A stretch of DNA of 64,000 nt from positions 63,856 through 127,855 of the forward strand of contig JBKCOJ010000008.1 of assembly GCA_046309815.1 (NCBI GenBank). Direction: 5' to 3'. Below, piece after piece: positions 36,796 through 46,326 of the stretch. Made by a program: the position numbers and the translations under genes. The DNA is from Pseudomonadota bacterium (GTDB lineage: Bacteria > Pseudomonadota > Alphaproteobacteria > Paracaedibacterales > CAITNM01). Below the pieces are notes generated by a model. The model ran no database searches and was not told the origin of the DNA. It saw nothing but the letters and a program-made list of their open reading frames with translations. Within the stretch, counting starts at the first letter, position 1; every line of letters starts with the position of its first letter.

Positions 36796-37823
36796 TGAAA
36801 AATTATTTGATGTTTTTAGGACTAATTGGCGTGTTTTTATTGGGCATAGCTTTGCATAGCCTTGGCACTATTTTGGTTCCATTTATTGCCGGACTTATAG
36901 GCGCTTATATATTAAATCGCCCTGTTACTGCGCTTGAGAATTTAAAAGTTCCAAGAGGATTTGGATCATTATTGATGATTTTAACAGTGCTTTTGGCGCT
37001 GGGCTTATTGATGATGGTAGCGGTGCCATTTTTGCAAAAAGAATTCATTCTTTTATCAAGGAACATGCCTGCTCTCGTACAACATTTTTATAGTCTGACT
37101 AATCCATTGCTAGACTTTGTGACCGAGCGTTTACCGCCAGAAGACATTGTAAAAATTAAAGCACAGATTAGCGATCAATTTGGCAGCATTATGACGTGGA
37201 TGGTGCAATTTATTCTTAATATTTTAAGCAACGGTCTGGCTCTAGCAAACGTTGTGTCGTTGGTTATATTAACCCCTGTGGTGATGTTTTATATTCTTAA
37301 AGATTGGCCGAAATTTGTTGGGATTGTGCAATCATTATTACCTAAAAAAAATGCAGCGAAAATGGTGCATTATGGGCAGGTGATTGATCAGAATTTGGCA
37401 AGCTATGCAAAAGGGCAGATGCTAGTTTGTCTGATTTTGGCGGTTTTATATTCTATTGGATTAACGGTTGTAGGGCTTAAGAACGCAGTATTTGTGGGGA
37501 TTTTTACAGGTTGTATTTCCTTTATTCCGTATGTGGGGGCGTTAATTGGATTTTTGGTAAGCACGCTTATTCACTTGAGTGGGCATGATACATGGAATCC
37601 ACTAATTTCCATTGGATTGGTGTTTCTAATTGTGCAGGCGATTGAGGGTAATTTTTTAACTCCTCGATTTGTTGGCGGACGCATAGGCGTGCCACCGGTT
37701 TGGATTTTGTTTAGTTTGCTTGCATGTGCTACCTGGTTTGGATTTTTTGGTATTGTGCTAGCGCTGCCCACAGCGGCGATTATTAGCACGGTTGTGCGCG
37801 CGCTGTGGAAAGAGATTAAGTAG
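36795..37823 (+). CDS. AI-2E family transporter (PerM/YhhT-like permease)
   Basis: 342-aa polytopic membrane protein with the family's conserved C-terminal region (IEGNFLTPRFVGGRIGVPPVWILFSLL). TAATG overlap with clpB. Confidence 0.8.
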   Translation: MKNYLMFLGLIGVFLLGIALHSLGTILVPFIAGLIGAYILNRPVTALENLKVPRGFGSLLMILTVLLALGLLMMVAVPFLQKEFILLSRNMPALVQHFYSLTNPLLDFVTERLPPEDIVKIKAQISDQFGSIMTWMVQFILNILSNGLALANVVSLVILTPVVMFYILKDWPKFVGIVQSLLPKKNAAKMVHYGQVIDQNLASYAKGQMLVCLILAVLYSIGLTVVGLKNAVFVGIFTGCISFIPYVGALIGFLVSTLIHLSGHDTWNPLISIGLVFLIVQAIEGNFLTPRFVGGRIGVPPVWILFSLLACATWFGFFGIVLALPTAAIISTVVRALWKEIK

Positions 37824-38369
37824 GTGGAAAAGCACTACATACTTTACTTAATCGGTACACCAGGAACAGGTAAATATACAATTAGTCAAGAATTAGCAAA
37901 ATCAGGTTATGTGGTTTGTGATAATCAATTAATCAATAATGTTATTTTCACGTTAGGCCAATATGATGGCTTTGTTCCCATTCCTGACTCAGCTTGGGCG
38001 GCCATTCGAAAAATAAGAGATATCGCGATCAATTTTATTGAAGATCAGATTGATAAAAATTATGTGCTTACAAATGTACTTTCTGAATCAATTGGTGACC
38101 GTAAGATTTATGAGCAAGTCGAAAAAATGGCAGCAAATCGAGGAGCTGTGTTTGTGCCAGTGAAGTTACTTATTTCAAAGGAAGAAAATTTAAAAAGGGT
38201 AGTTCAACTGTCTCGAAAAGAAAGATGGAAAACAATAAATCCCAAAGATATTGAATTAGAATTACCACTTATTACTATTTCGCATTCGAATTATTTAGAA
38301 ATGGATGTGACTAATATGTCGGTGCCTAAAGCTGCAAAGAAAATTTTAGAACATGTGGCTTCTCTATAG
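37824..38369 (+). CDS. Small P-loop NTPase/kinase-like protein of unknown substrate
   Basis: 181 aa with Walker A GTPGTGKYT near the N-terminus. The size and layout resemble small-molecule/nucleotide kinases. GTG start immediately after the previous stop. Confidence 0.55.
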   Translation: MEKHYILYLIGTPGTGKYTISQELAKSGYVVCDNQLINNVIFTLGQYDGFVPIPDSAWAAIRKIRDIAINFIEDQIDKNYVLTNVLSESIGDRKIYEQVEKMAANRGAVFVPVKLLISKEENLKRVVQLSRKERWKTINPKDIELELPLITISHSNYLEMDVTNMSVPKAAKKILEHVASL

Positions 38370-38440
38370 GTTTAGTTTCACTTTCAAAAAAAGATACAAA
38401 TTACATAGATTTTTTCTTAAATTAATTTAAAATATTCTTT

Positions 38441-38947
38441 TTGATGTTTTTAAGAGAAAAATTTTTGAGCGTGGCTATAAGATTAAAGTGCAGTGTGTTG
38501 CTTGTATTAACGCAGATGGCAATAGTTAACCCAAGTGATATTGAGAAAGAGGCAGATACCGGAAAAATAAAATTAAATGCTGATTTTGATTTATCAAGAC
38601 AAGATTGCGGGACTGATACATCATCTTTCAGTGTTACTACTTTTAAAGAAAATTTTTCTCCTGATATGTCATTGCCAAATTTTGAAACGACTCCTCAACA
38701 AGTAAGTAAGAGAGCGAAATTATCATTAGAAGTATCCAAAGAATTATTAGGATCGATACTGTTGAGTCCTATACCATTTAGTCCTGTGCCATTTAATTCT
38801 CCAGAAGACAGAGATATTAGAAGGTTATCAATTTCCACAGAGAAAATAGCGTTAAAAGACGCTAGCAACAATTCTTTGAGAAGAAAAAGAAAATCAGAAA
38901 CTTCCGGTTTTAGGTTTGTTGATAAAGCTTTTAACGCTGAAGAATAA
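38441..38947 (+). CDS. Hypothetical S/P-rich protein with a hydrophobic N-terminus and a basic RRKRK cluster
   Basis: 168-aa ORF (ATG at 38444 is also possible). No family recognised. Low-complexity, probably disordered. Confidence 0.4.
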   Translation: MMFLREKFLSVAIRLKCSVLLVLTQMAIVNPSDIEKEADTGKIKLNADFDLSRQDCGTDTSSFSVTTFKENFSPDMSLPNFETTPQQVSKRAKLSLEVSKELLGSILLSPIPFSPVPFNSPEDRDIRRLSISTEKIALKDASNNSLRRKRKSETSGFRFVDKAFNAEE

Positions 38948-38959
38948 ATGTTTTAACTA

Positions 38960-39895
38960 TTATAATGTTTTTAGCCATTTTTTTGCTGCTTGGCTGATGG
39001 TTACATCAGTTAATGCCATTTTTATAAGGTCAGTTTTGCGATCAACGTCTTCGCCGTACATATCGTCCAAGGCTTGGTTCCAGTTGTTTAATACGTTTGC
39101 GTCAGTAGCTTTTCCGACTTGAGCGAGGATGTTATAAAGGCGTTGTCGCCAATAGGCGTCCATGGCCTTTTCGAGCCAAACCATAATTTCTGGTGTTAAA
39201 CCACCGCTTTCCTCTAGCCCTTTTCCTTCACCAAAACCTTTTTCAAATTTTTTGGTGCGTAGGTGTGCATATTTTTTCCCGTATAGTTCATTAATTTGGT
39301 GCATGTAGTTTTTGGCAATATTGATGCTGATGTCAGATTTTGGATCGCACGTGATGTTTGCGTGCATTTGTTCGACTAGATCTTCCAAATTTTTTTGAAT
39401 TTTAGCTTTTTGCTCAGGGTGGGCATGTAGCTCTGATTGAAAATCTGCATATTGTTTTAGCTCGTTGGGAGTGAAGATTTCTTTTACCCAAGATTGTTCA
39501 AGTTGTTGTGTCATCTGATATACCTCTATCGATTTGATAATTGTTTTCCATGGCACAGATTTATCAGTGCGGCATTCGGCGATGATGTTTTGTAGTGTGT
39601 TGCTGGCTTCAATAAGGGTGGCTGCTTTTTTTTGCAAAAGTTGGGATTGCACTAAAAAGTGATCTAATACATCTGCATTATTTGTAAGCAGCGACTTAAT
39701 TTGAAACAAATCAAACCCAAAAAACTTTAGAGCCAGAATTTGCTGTAGCTTTAATAAATCTGGTTCGGAGTACAGGCGATATCCGTTATCTAGGCGAAGA
39801 CTTGGCTTTAACAACGCAATTTTGTCGTAATAGTGCAGGGTTTGCACCGATACATGCGTGAGTTTGCTTAGTTCTTTTACATACCAACGGGTCAT
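38960..39895 (-). CDS. MerR-family transcriptional regulator with a TipAS-like C-terminal domain
   Basis: HTH YVKELSKLTHVSVQTLHYYDKIALLKP. Strong AAGGAGGA RBS before the ATG at 39895. Confidence 0.85.
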   Translation of the reverse strand: MTRWYVKELSKLTHVSVQTLHYYDKIALLKPSLRLDNGYRLYSEPDLLKLQQILALKFFGFDLFQIKSLLTNNADVLDHFLVQSQLLQKKAATLIEASNTLQNIIAECRTDKSVPWKTIIKSIEVYQMTQQLEQSWVKEIFTPNELKQYADFQSELHAHPEQKAKIQKNLEDLVEQMHANITCDPKSDISINIAKNYMHQINELYGKKYAHLRTKKFEKGFGEGKGLEESGGLTPEIMVWLEKAMDAYWRQRLYNILAQVGKATDANVLNNWNQALDDMYGEDVDRKTDLIKMALTDVTISQAAKKWLKTL

Positions 39896-39965
39896 AACGT
39901 TCCTCCTTAATATTGACGATAAGGGATATAGCAACTATAGGCTCAAGAGGTTTTTTTGAAAAATT

Positions 39966-40598
39966 TTAGACAAGATAAATTTCAATGCGTTCAATAGATT
40001 TTCCGGGGTGAGAGCGCTTTAGGGTAATAAAGCCAACCTCGCCGGTTGATTTTACATGGGTACCGCCGCAGGGAACTTCGGCAAAGCCATCGATTTTCCA
40101 GAAACGGCGTTGAGTGGCAACATCGGTAAAGCCGGTGTGGATAGGAAGATCAGCATCGATGATGGCATTGTATTTTTCAAGAATGGCATCAAAGATGCCG
40201 GAAATATTGGTATCTGAGATAAAATCAATGCGAGATTTGGATTCGGCAATATGGGCGCCAACTTTTTCAAAGCCAAAGTGTTGCGTGACAATTTCAAGCA
40301 CAAGTTCAGCGGCAAAGTGTAATCGCATAAGTCTATGGCGGCGCGGCCAATCGATCTTCATGGTAACGTGATCGCCGACGGTGATGCTGTGATCATCAGG
40401 CAGCGTATAGATAATAAGATTATTTTCCATTTTGGAATCGAGAATGGGCATGTCGTTAATGGTGGCTTTATCACTTTCTTGTCCTCCGGAAAAAGAGAAC
40501 GCGATCGTTTCCGCAAACGTCACTTGATTGCCTGAAACCGCCGCCACCGTTGTTTCAAGAGAGTGTTGATAAGGATTATCCCAGAAGACTTTTTGCAT
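39966..40598 (-). CDS. Alanyl-tRNA editing protein (AlaX-like, tRNA_SAD domain)
   Basis: 210 aa with Zn-binding-type motifs HRLMRLHFAAELV and VPCGGTHV, characteristic of AlaRS/ThrRS editing domains. Confidence 0.75.
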   Translation of the reverse strand: MQKVFWDNPYQHSLETTVAAVSGNQVTFAETIAFSFSGGQESDKATINDMPILDSKMENNLIIYTLPDDHSITVGDHVTMKIDWPRRHRLMRLHFAAELVLEIVTQHFGFEKVGAHIAESKSRIDFISDTNISGIFDAILEKYNAIIDADLPIHTGFTDVATQRRFWKIDGFAEVPCGGTHVKSTGEVGFITLKRSHPGKSIERIEIYLV

Positions 40599-40694
40599 AT
40601 TTTATATGTTGGTTCGGCGAGCAGGAAAAATTTATTGTACAGTATTCTGCTCAAAAATATAGTTATTATTCAGCAGAATGTTTGTGGATTTGGC

Positions 40695-40976
40695 TTAGGG
40701 TTGAGCGCTATCTAATCCTCTACTCTCAGCATCCGAAGCATTTACATTTGTTGCTCTACTCGAGGAGGGTGCTCTAAAATTGGTAATCCCGTGGTGGGTG
40801 GCTTCGGAGGAGAAGCTAAATCTCCCCCAAGTTATATCTGAAATATAGATATTACCAGAGGATTCTAGTCTACGAATTCTCGTTTCAGTTTGAGCTCCTT
40901 CATCAAGCCTCTCTGCTCCATGTATTTGAGTGGTTGCGCAACAAATAGTAAAAAATGTAAACCATTTTTTGAACAT
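40695..40976 (-). CDS. Small hypothetical secreted protein
   Basis: 93 aa. Signal peptide MFKKWFTFFTICCATTQIHGA. No family recognised. Confidence 0.4.
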   Translation of the reverse strand: MFKKWFTFFTICCATTQIHGAERLDEGAQTETRIRRLESSGNIYISDITWGRFSFSSEATHHGITNFRAPSSSRATNVNASDAESRGLDSAQP

Positions 40977-41035
40977 AAAAAACTTTATTTAATTTTATTA
41001 ATAATTTAGTATACATAAATAATTTTACTTTTTTA

Positions 41036-42121
41036 TTAACTTAGCGTCCAATGGAATTTCACGCGCGATTGCACGCTGGTAAGCATTTCATTAGCAATCA
41101 TGGGTGAGTTGGCAATGATTTCTTCAATAGGTAAGCCTTCGCCCCAAAGGATAACTGGGTCGCCGACTTTGGCATTGTCGCAGCCGCGCAAATCAATAGC
41201 AGCCATATCCATAGAAATGCGGCCGACGAGGTGGCATTTTTTATCGTTAACAAGTACGGGTGTGTGCGAAGGAAGTGAGCGTAAATAGCCATCCCCATAC
41301 CCAATGGCGATGACGCCAATATTCATCGGTTCTGCGCATTTATAGGTGCCTCCGTAACCAACAAAAGAATCAGCTTCTCGTTTTCTAACGGAAATAAGGC
41401 GAGTTTGTAAGGTCATGACGGGCTTTAGGTTAAAGTCGCTGGCTTTTTTATGCTGGACTGGTGATATGCCATACAGACAAATACCGGGACGAATAACATC
41501 GAAATGGGTTTGTGGCATTGAAAATATTGCTGCAGAGTTAGAGAGGCTTTTTGGTCCTTGCCAATCTTTTGCGAGCTTTGAAAATGCGTCAAGCTGAACA
41601 GCATTGAGGGGGTGATTAGGTTCATCTGCGCAACTTAGGTGTGACATAAGACCTATGGGTTGTTGAATAAATTTTGACTCTTTGAGCACTCTTAAAGCAT
41701 GCGGGGCATCGTCAATCGTGAATCCGAGGCGTCCCATGCCGGTATCGACCTTAATCCATGCAGTTAAGGGGAGCGGCAGATGAAGGCCCTTCAACCATTC
41801 CAGTTGCATCATGTCGTGGAAAACAACGTGAAATTGTTGGCATGCGGCGACAAGCAATTCGTCGGGTTCAAACACTCCTTCGATAAGGGTAATAGGTTTT
41901 TTGATACCAACTTTGCGTAGAGCAAGAGCTTCTTCAATGGAAGCTACTCCTAAATTATCGACATATTTTTCAAGTCTTAATGAGGTAGAGCGGATGCCGT
42001 GACCAAAAGCATTGGCTTTAACCATAGCGATCATAGGTTTAGAAGGGGCGGCGGCTTTCACTTGCTGCACATTGTGCAGTAAGTTTTCGCTAGATAGGAT
42101 GGCGATTGCTCCACGGCTCAT
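41036..42121 (-). CDS. alr: Alanine racemase
   Basis: PLP-lysine motif MVKANAFGHG. 361 aa with a typical C-terminal beta domain. Confidence 0.9.
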   Translation of the reverse strand: MSRGAIAILSSENLLHNVQQVKAAAPSKPMIAMVKANAFGHGIRSTSLRLEKYVDNLGVASIEEALALRKVGIKKPITLIEGVFEPDELLVAACQQFHVVFHDMMQLEWLKGLHLPLPLTAWIKVDTGMGRLGFTIDDAPHALRVLKESKFIQQPIGLMSHLSCADEPNHPLNAVQLDAFSKLAKDWQGPKSLSNSAAIFSMPQTHFDVIRPGICLYGISPVQHKKASDFNLKPVMTLQTRLISVRKREADSFVGYGGTYKCAEPMNIGVIAIGYGDGYLRSLPSHTPVLVNDKKCHLVGRISMDMAAIDLRGCDNAKVGDPVILWGEGLPIEEIIANSPMIANEMLTSVQSRVKFHWTLS

Positions 42122-42210
42122 AGAGATTCTCAGATTTTGTTTCTATGGTGCTAATATAGAAAACCTTAAGAACGAATACTACTCGTCACTTAAGGTCTAT
42201 GAATTTTTTA

Positions 42211-43116
42211 TTATGGGCAGGCGCAAACAATGCCTTGAGAAGCATTATGTCCAATAATTTGCCCGTTAGCAGCAGGTTGTCCTGCAACAGGTGTTGCTAC
42301 AGGTAGAGCTGGAGCACTTGGTATTGGTTGCGCATAAGCCATTTGAGCAGGGGCATATGAAGCTTGTGCATACGGCAGCGCTTGTGGGTTTCCATAATAA
42401 GGTTGAGTCATAGGAGCACCATACATAGATTGGTGTGGGTTGTATCCGCCAAATTGTGGTTGCTGACCGAATTGAGGCTGTCCATAGGGAGCTTGTCCAC
42501 CGAATTGTTGTTGTGGATTGTAACCGAACTGTTGTGGCTGTCCGCCGAATTGAGGTTGTTGACCTCCATACATCGGATTATAGTTGCCGCCATATCCATT
42601 ATTGCTTGGAGCGCTTTGGTAATAACTAGGGCTCTTCTTTTTGCCAGTCATACGGCTAAACATGGATCCTTTGCTTTTCTTTTTAGCGCTCTTCTTTTTT
42701 AGATAATTGTCCGCTTGTACAGCAATTTGACACTGGGTGTTGAACCGTTGTCCAAATTGAGGATCATTGTAGCATATTTTTGCCATTTCTTGGGCCATTT
42801 TGGCGTGATTTTTGGCAAGTTTTTCAACTTGTGCTTGACTTACTGAACTTCCGGTACACTTCACTAAAAGCTGCATTTTCTTTTCAAGATCTTGCGAACG
42901 TTTCAGACTTTTTTTGTTGCTATGAATAACGTGACCGTTTGACCCGCCATGAGATTTCTCGTATTCAGGTAATCCTACCTTAATTTCGTCTACGAGCTTT
43001 GGCTGACATAGTCTTTCTCCGGATGCAACGTTTCTTGCCGCTGTAAAGGGGTTGAATGCATAGAGGCCATTTAAGCCAAACAATGTCAAAAATGCAAACT
43101 GTAAAGTCTTTTTCAT
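42211..43116 (-). CDS. Secreted protein with a helical Cys-containing N-domain, a basic linker and a Q/G/Y/P-rich oligopeptide-repeat (prion-like) C-terminal half
   Basis: Signal peptide MKKTLQFAFLTLFGLNGLYA. Basic stretch KKKSAKKKSKG...GKKKS. Then YYQSAPSNNGYGGNYNPMYGGQQPQFGGQPQQFGYNPQQQFGGQAPYGQPQFGQQPQFGGYNP..., and it ends in CACP. Confidence 0.7.
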   Translation of the reverse strand: MKKTLQFAFLTLFGLNGLYAFNPFTAARNVASGERLCQPKLVDEIKVGLPEYEKSHGGSNGHVIHSNKKSLKRSQDLEKKMQLLVKCTGSSVSQAQVEKLAKNHAKMAQEMAKICYNDPQFGQRFNTQCQIAVQADNYLKKKSAKKKSKGSMFSRMTGKKKSPSYYQSAPSNNGYGGNYNPMYGGQQPQFGGQPQQFGYNPQQQFGGQAPYGQPQFGQQPQFGGYNPHQSMYGAPMTQPYYGNPQALPYAQASYAPAQMAYAQPIPSAPALPVATPVAGQPAANGQIIGHNASQGIVCACP

Positions 43117-43284
43117 AAAAAATACCGAAATGTATAATCTTATGTTGACCTTAACAGGTATTAGTTAAGATTTTATTAAATTAAAGTATAAAAAATGGGT
43201 GGAAATTTGGTGATGAAAGGATGTTTTGAAACGCCTCCTAAAGATTAAGGAGGCGAGAGGGGTTTATTTCTTAATTGTTTTTTA

Positions 43285-43650
43285 TTACATAGTGGTTTGA
43301 GGGGCTATTAAATCAAATAATTTTTGTTTTATATTCTTGTAAGCAGTAATAGCATTTTCAGCTTTCTGTTGTGTTTCAATGCTATGGAAGTTAACTAGTG
43401 GGTGATAGCCTAGAGTGCTTTTCATTTGTTCAAATGTATTTTTTAATTCAGTGTTCATGCTGCTTCTTAAGGAATCATTATCAGCATTAGAAGCGTTCGT
43501 TGCGATTCGGATAAAATTATGAACATATACGACTCGCTGCATTATTCTAAAATGTACATCTGCTGTATTATCTTCTTGAGAATGTTCTATACCAATTGCA
43601 TACATGCTACTTAGTAATAGGCTACTTATCACTGCTAATTTTTTAAACAT
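43285..43650 (-). CDS. Small hypothetical secreted protein
   Basis: 121 aa. Signal peptide MFKKLAVISSLLLSSMYAIG. No family recognised. Confidence 0.45.
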   Translation of the reverse strand: MFKKLAVISSLLLSSMYAIGIEHSQEDNTADVHFRIMQRVVYVHNFIRIATNASNADNDSLRSSMNTELKNTFEQMKSTLGYHPLVNFHSIETQQKAENAITAYKNIKQKLFDLIAPQTTM

Positions 43651-43802
43651 AAATTACCTTTTATGATTATAAAAATTCGTTTACAAGCTTGATTTGGTGA
43701 TAAAGCCGTGATATTTCAAGGGAAAAATTTATTAATGTGCAGAATCTTGAATAAGCTAAGTAGTTGCGCCATTATGGCTCAAAATTAAAAAACGTTAGAA
43801 GA

Positions 43803-45479
43803 ATGTCGTATCAATATATTTATGTGATGAAGGCCTTGTCGAAAATTTTCCCTGGTGGAAAACAAGTGTTAAAGGATGTGTGGCTTTCATTTTTTCCTGG
43901 CGCCAAAATCGGTATTATCGGCCCAAACGGCTCTGGTAAAACAACTTTATTAAAAATTATGGCAGGCCTTGATAAAGAGTTTCAGGGCGAAGCGTGGGCG
44001 GCTGAGGGCGTAAAGGGTGGATATTTACCGCAGGAACCACAGCTTGATCCTACGCTTGATGTAATGTCCAACATCAAAGAAGGATTGGGCGAAGTTACTG
44101 AGTTGTTGAAAGAATTTGAAGAAATTAGCATGAAGTTTGCTGAGCCAATGAGTGATGATGAAATGAATGATTTGTTGGCGCGTCAAGGTGAATTGCAAAC
44201 ACGTATTGATACGCTAGATGCCTGGGACTTGGATCGCCAAATTGAGATTGCGATGGACGCGCTGCGTTGTCCGCCGGGTGATAGCAGCGTTGAGAAGCTT
44301 TCTGGTGGTGAAAAGCGCCGTGTAGCTTTATGCCGATTACTGCTACAAAAGCCAGATTTATTACTTTTAGACGAACCGACAAACCACTTGGACGCGGAAA
44401 GCGTGGCGTGGCTTGACAGGCATTTGCAGGAATATCAAGGCACTGTAGTGCTGATTACCCATGATAGGTACTTCTTGGATAACGTGGTGAGTTGGATTCT
44501 TGAATTGGATCGTGGGCAGGGAATTCCTTACGAGGGGAATTATTCGAGCTGGCTTGAGCAAAAACAAAAGCGTTTAGAGGTTGAGCAGAAGCAAGAGACC
44601 TCGCGTCAAAAGCAGCTTGAGCGAGAGCTTGAGTGGATTCGCCAGTCGCCTAAAGCGCGTCAGTCAAAAAGTAAGGCGCGTATTGCTTCTTATGAACAAT
44701 TATTGGCGCAAGATTATGATCGTGGCGTCGGCGATGGGGCGATTACAATTCCTCCTGGGCCAAGACTTGGTGATGTGGTGATTGAAGCAAATGGTATTAG
44801 TAAAGCGTTTGGAGACAAATTACTTATCGAAAATCTGGATTTTAATTTGCCGCGTGGTGGCATTGTGGGGGTGATTGGTCCAAATGGTGCTGGTAAAACG
44901 ACGCTTTTCCGTATGCTAACGGGGCAAGATAAGCCAGACCAAGGTGAGTTGAAGATTGGTGATACGGTGGCAATGGGCTATGTCGACCAGTCTCGTGATA
45001 GCCTTGATGCTAAGAAATCGGTATGGGAAGAAATTTCCAATGGTCATGATGAGATTGAACTTGGTAAACGCAAGATGCCAAGTCGTGCGTATTGTGGATT
45101 GTTCAATTTTAAAGGACCTGATCAGCAGAAAAAAGTTGGACAACTTTCTGGTGGTGAGCGTAATCGCGTGCATTTGGCAAAGATGCTGAAAAGTGGTGCG
45201 AATGTGTTGCTACTTGACGAGCCGACGAATGATTTGGATGTAGAGACATTACGTTCATTAGAAGAAGGGCTTCTTGATTTTGCTGGTTGCGCGATTGTGA
45301 TCACGCATGATCGTTTTTTCCTCGATCGCATTGCGACGCATATTTTGGCGTTTGAGGGCGATAGTCAAGTGGTGTGGTTTGAAGGAAATTTCCAGGCGTA
45401 TGAAGAAGACAAAAAACGACGTTTGGGCGTTGATGCGGATCAGCCGACACGAATTAAGTATAAGCCGTTGACAAGATAA
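43803..45479 (+). CDS. ettA: Energy-dependent translational throttle protein EttA (ABC-F)
   Basis: Two ABC cassettes ([17 protein letters not shown] and [17 protein letters not shown]). 558 aa from the ATG at 43803 ([26 protein letters not shown]), collinear with E. coli EttA. Confidence 0.9.
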   Translation: MSYQYIYVMKALSKIFPGGKQVLKDVWLSFFPGAKIGIIGPNGSGKTTLLKIMAGLDKEFQGEAWAAEGVKGGYLPQEPQLDPTLDVMSNIKEGLGEVTELLKEFEEISMKFAEPMSDDEMNDLLARQGELQTRIDTLDAWDLDRQIEIAMDALRCPPGDSSVEKLSGGEKRRVALCRLLLQKPDLLLLDEPTNHLDAESVAWLDRHLQEYQGTVVLITHDRYFLDNVVSWILELDRGQGIPYEGNYSSWLEQKQKRLEVEQKQETSRQKQLERELEWIRQSPKARQSKSKARIASYEQLLAQDYDRGVGDGAITIPPGPRLGDVVIEANGISKAFGDKLLIENLDFNLPRGGIVGVIGPNGAGKTTLFRMLTGQDKPDQGELKIGDTVAMGYVDQSRDSLDAKKSVWEEISNGHDEIELGKRKMPSRAYCGLFNFKGPDQQKKVGQLSGGERNRVHLAKMLKSGANVLLLDEPTNDLDVETLRSLEEGLLDFAGCAIVITHDRFFLDRIATHILAFEGDSQVVWFEGNFQAYEEDKKRRLGVDADQPTRIKYKPLTR

Positions 45480-45489
45480 TTTTTATAAT

Positions 45490-45520
45490 GAACCTCTTGT
45501 AGTAAATCTACAAGAGGTTC
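45490..45520. terminator. 13-bp perfect hairpin between convergent genes (probable terminator, no clear U-tract)
   Basis: GAACCTCTTGTAG-taaat-CTACAAGAGGTTC. Confidence 0.5.
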
Positions 45521-45562
45521 GTGAAGTAGTAGGTGATAATTAATCATGCATTATCAGCTGAT

Positions 45563-45931
45563 TTACTTACTTTTAAATCCATCTATTAATGCGTTGACGA
45601 TATCTTTTACTTGGTTGTATTCCTTTACTATTATATTTTGGTGAACAGCTTTTTTCAGGTGATGTTTTATCAGTCCAATGGACACAATTATTTGAATCAT
45701 GTATAGCCCCGTGGCTAGCAACATAGAAAGACCTTCACTGTATCCATAATCAAAACGCAGCATTTTATACGCTGATAATCCAAAAAAAACTTCAATAAGT
45801 ATAAGACTTATTCCTGCAATTCCCCCCATAAAAATGAGAGCCAGAGAGACGGGTTGGTGCGACGCTGAAGGCGTCATCAGTGATCTTGTGACCACTGATT
45901 TAATACCTTCAATAAGTGCTTGCGTAATCAT
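45563..45931 (-). CDS. Small two-TM membrane protein (YqjE / phage-holin-family-like)
   Basis: 122 aa with two hydrophobic helices. It sits directly downstream of a DUF883 gene, as in yqjD-yqjE-type clusters. Confidence 0.45.
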   Translation of the reverse strand: MITQALIEGIKSVVTRSLMTPSASHQPVSLALIFMGGIAGISLILIEVFFGLSAYKMLRFDYGYSEGLSMLLATGLYMIQIIVSIGLIKHHLKKAVHQNIIVKEYNQVKDIVNALIDGFKSK

Positions 45932-45939
45932 TTTAAAAC

Positions 45940-46185
45940 CTATTTATCACTGCCAAAAAGTTTAGATGCTACTACGCCTACAAGGAAAGAAATTCCAATG
46001 GCTAGCAAGGGGTTATCTCTGGCTTGGTCTTCCAGTGAATGGAGTCCATTTTTTGCATATTTTTGAGTTTCATTTAGTGTTTCTTTAACTTTGCTCCCAA
46101 GCTCATAAGCATCATGCTCTAGCCCCTCTTTCACTTTGTTGCTTTTCTTGTGTAAGTTTTCTAGGGTTTTGCTTTCGTTTGCCAT
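45940..46185 (-). CDS. DUF883 (ElaB/YqjD-like) membrane-anchored stress protein
   Basis: 81 aa. A charged helical N-part and a C-terminal anchor NPLLAIGISFLVGVVASKLF, typical of the family. Confidence 0.65.
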   Translation of the reverse strand: MANESKTLENLHKKSNKVKEGLEHDAYELGSKVKETLNETQKYAKNGLHSLEDQARDNPLLAIGISFLVGVVASKLFGSDK

Positions 46186-46326
46186 AATAGTACTCCACTA
46201 GTTATTTGACACCGCAACGATGCGCCCTAAAAAAATAGTTTTCTACGTTAAATATTTTGCTTTTTCACGTGGAAAATGGCATAGAACCATTGTACAATAA
46301 CTCTTTTAAAACAAGGCTAAATATTA

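Noticed and set aside
42364-42702. Plus-strand ORFs (112 and 64 aa) and a minus-strand 63-aa ORF within the Q/G-rich gene
   Set aside because: They are alternative-frame or mirror readings of a low-complexity repeat. Only the 301-aa frame has a signal peptide and a coherent domain layout.
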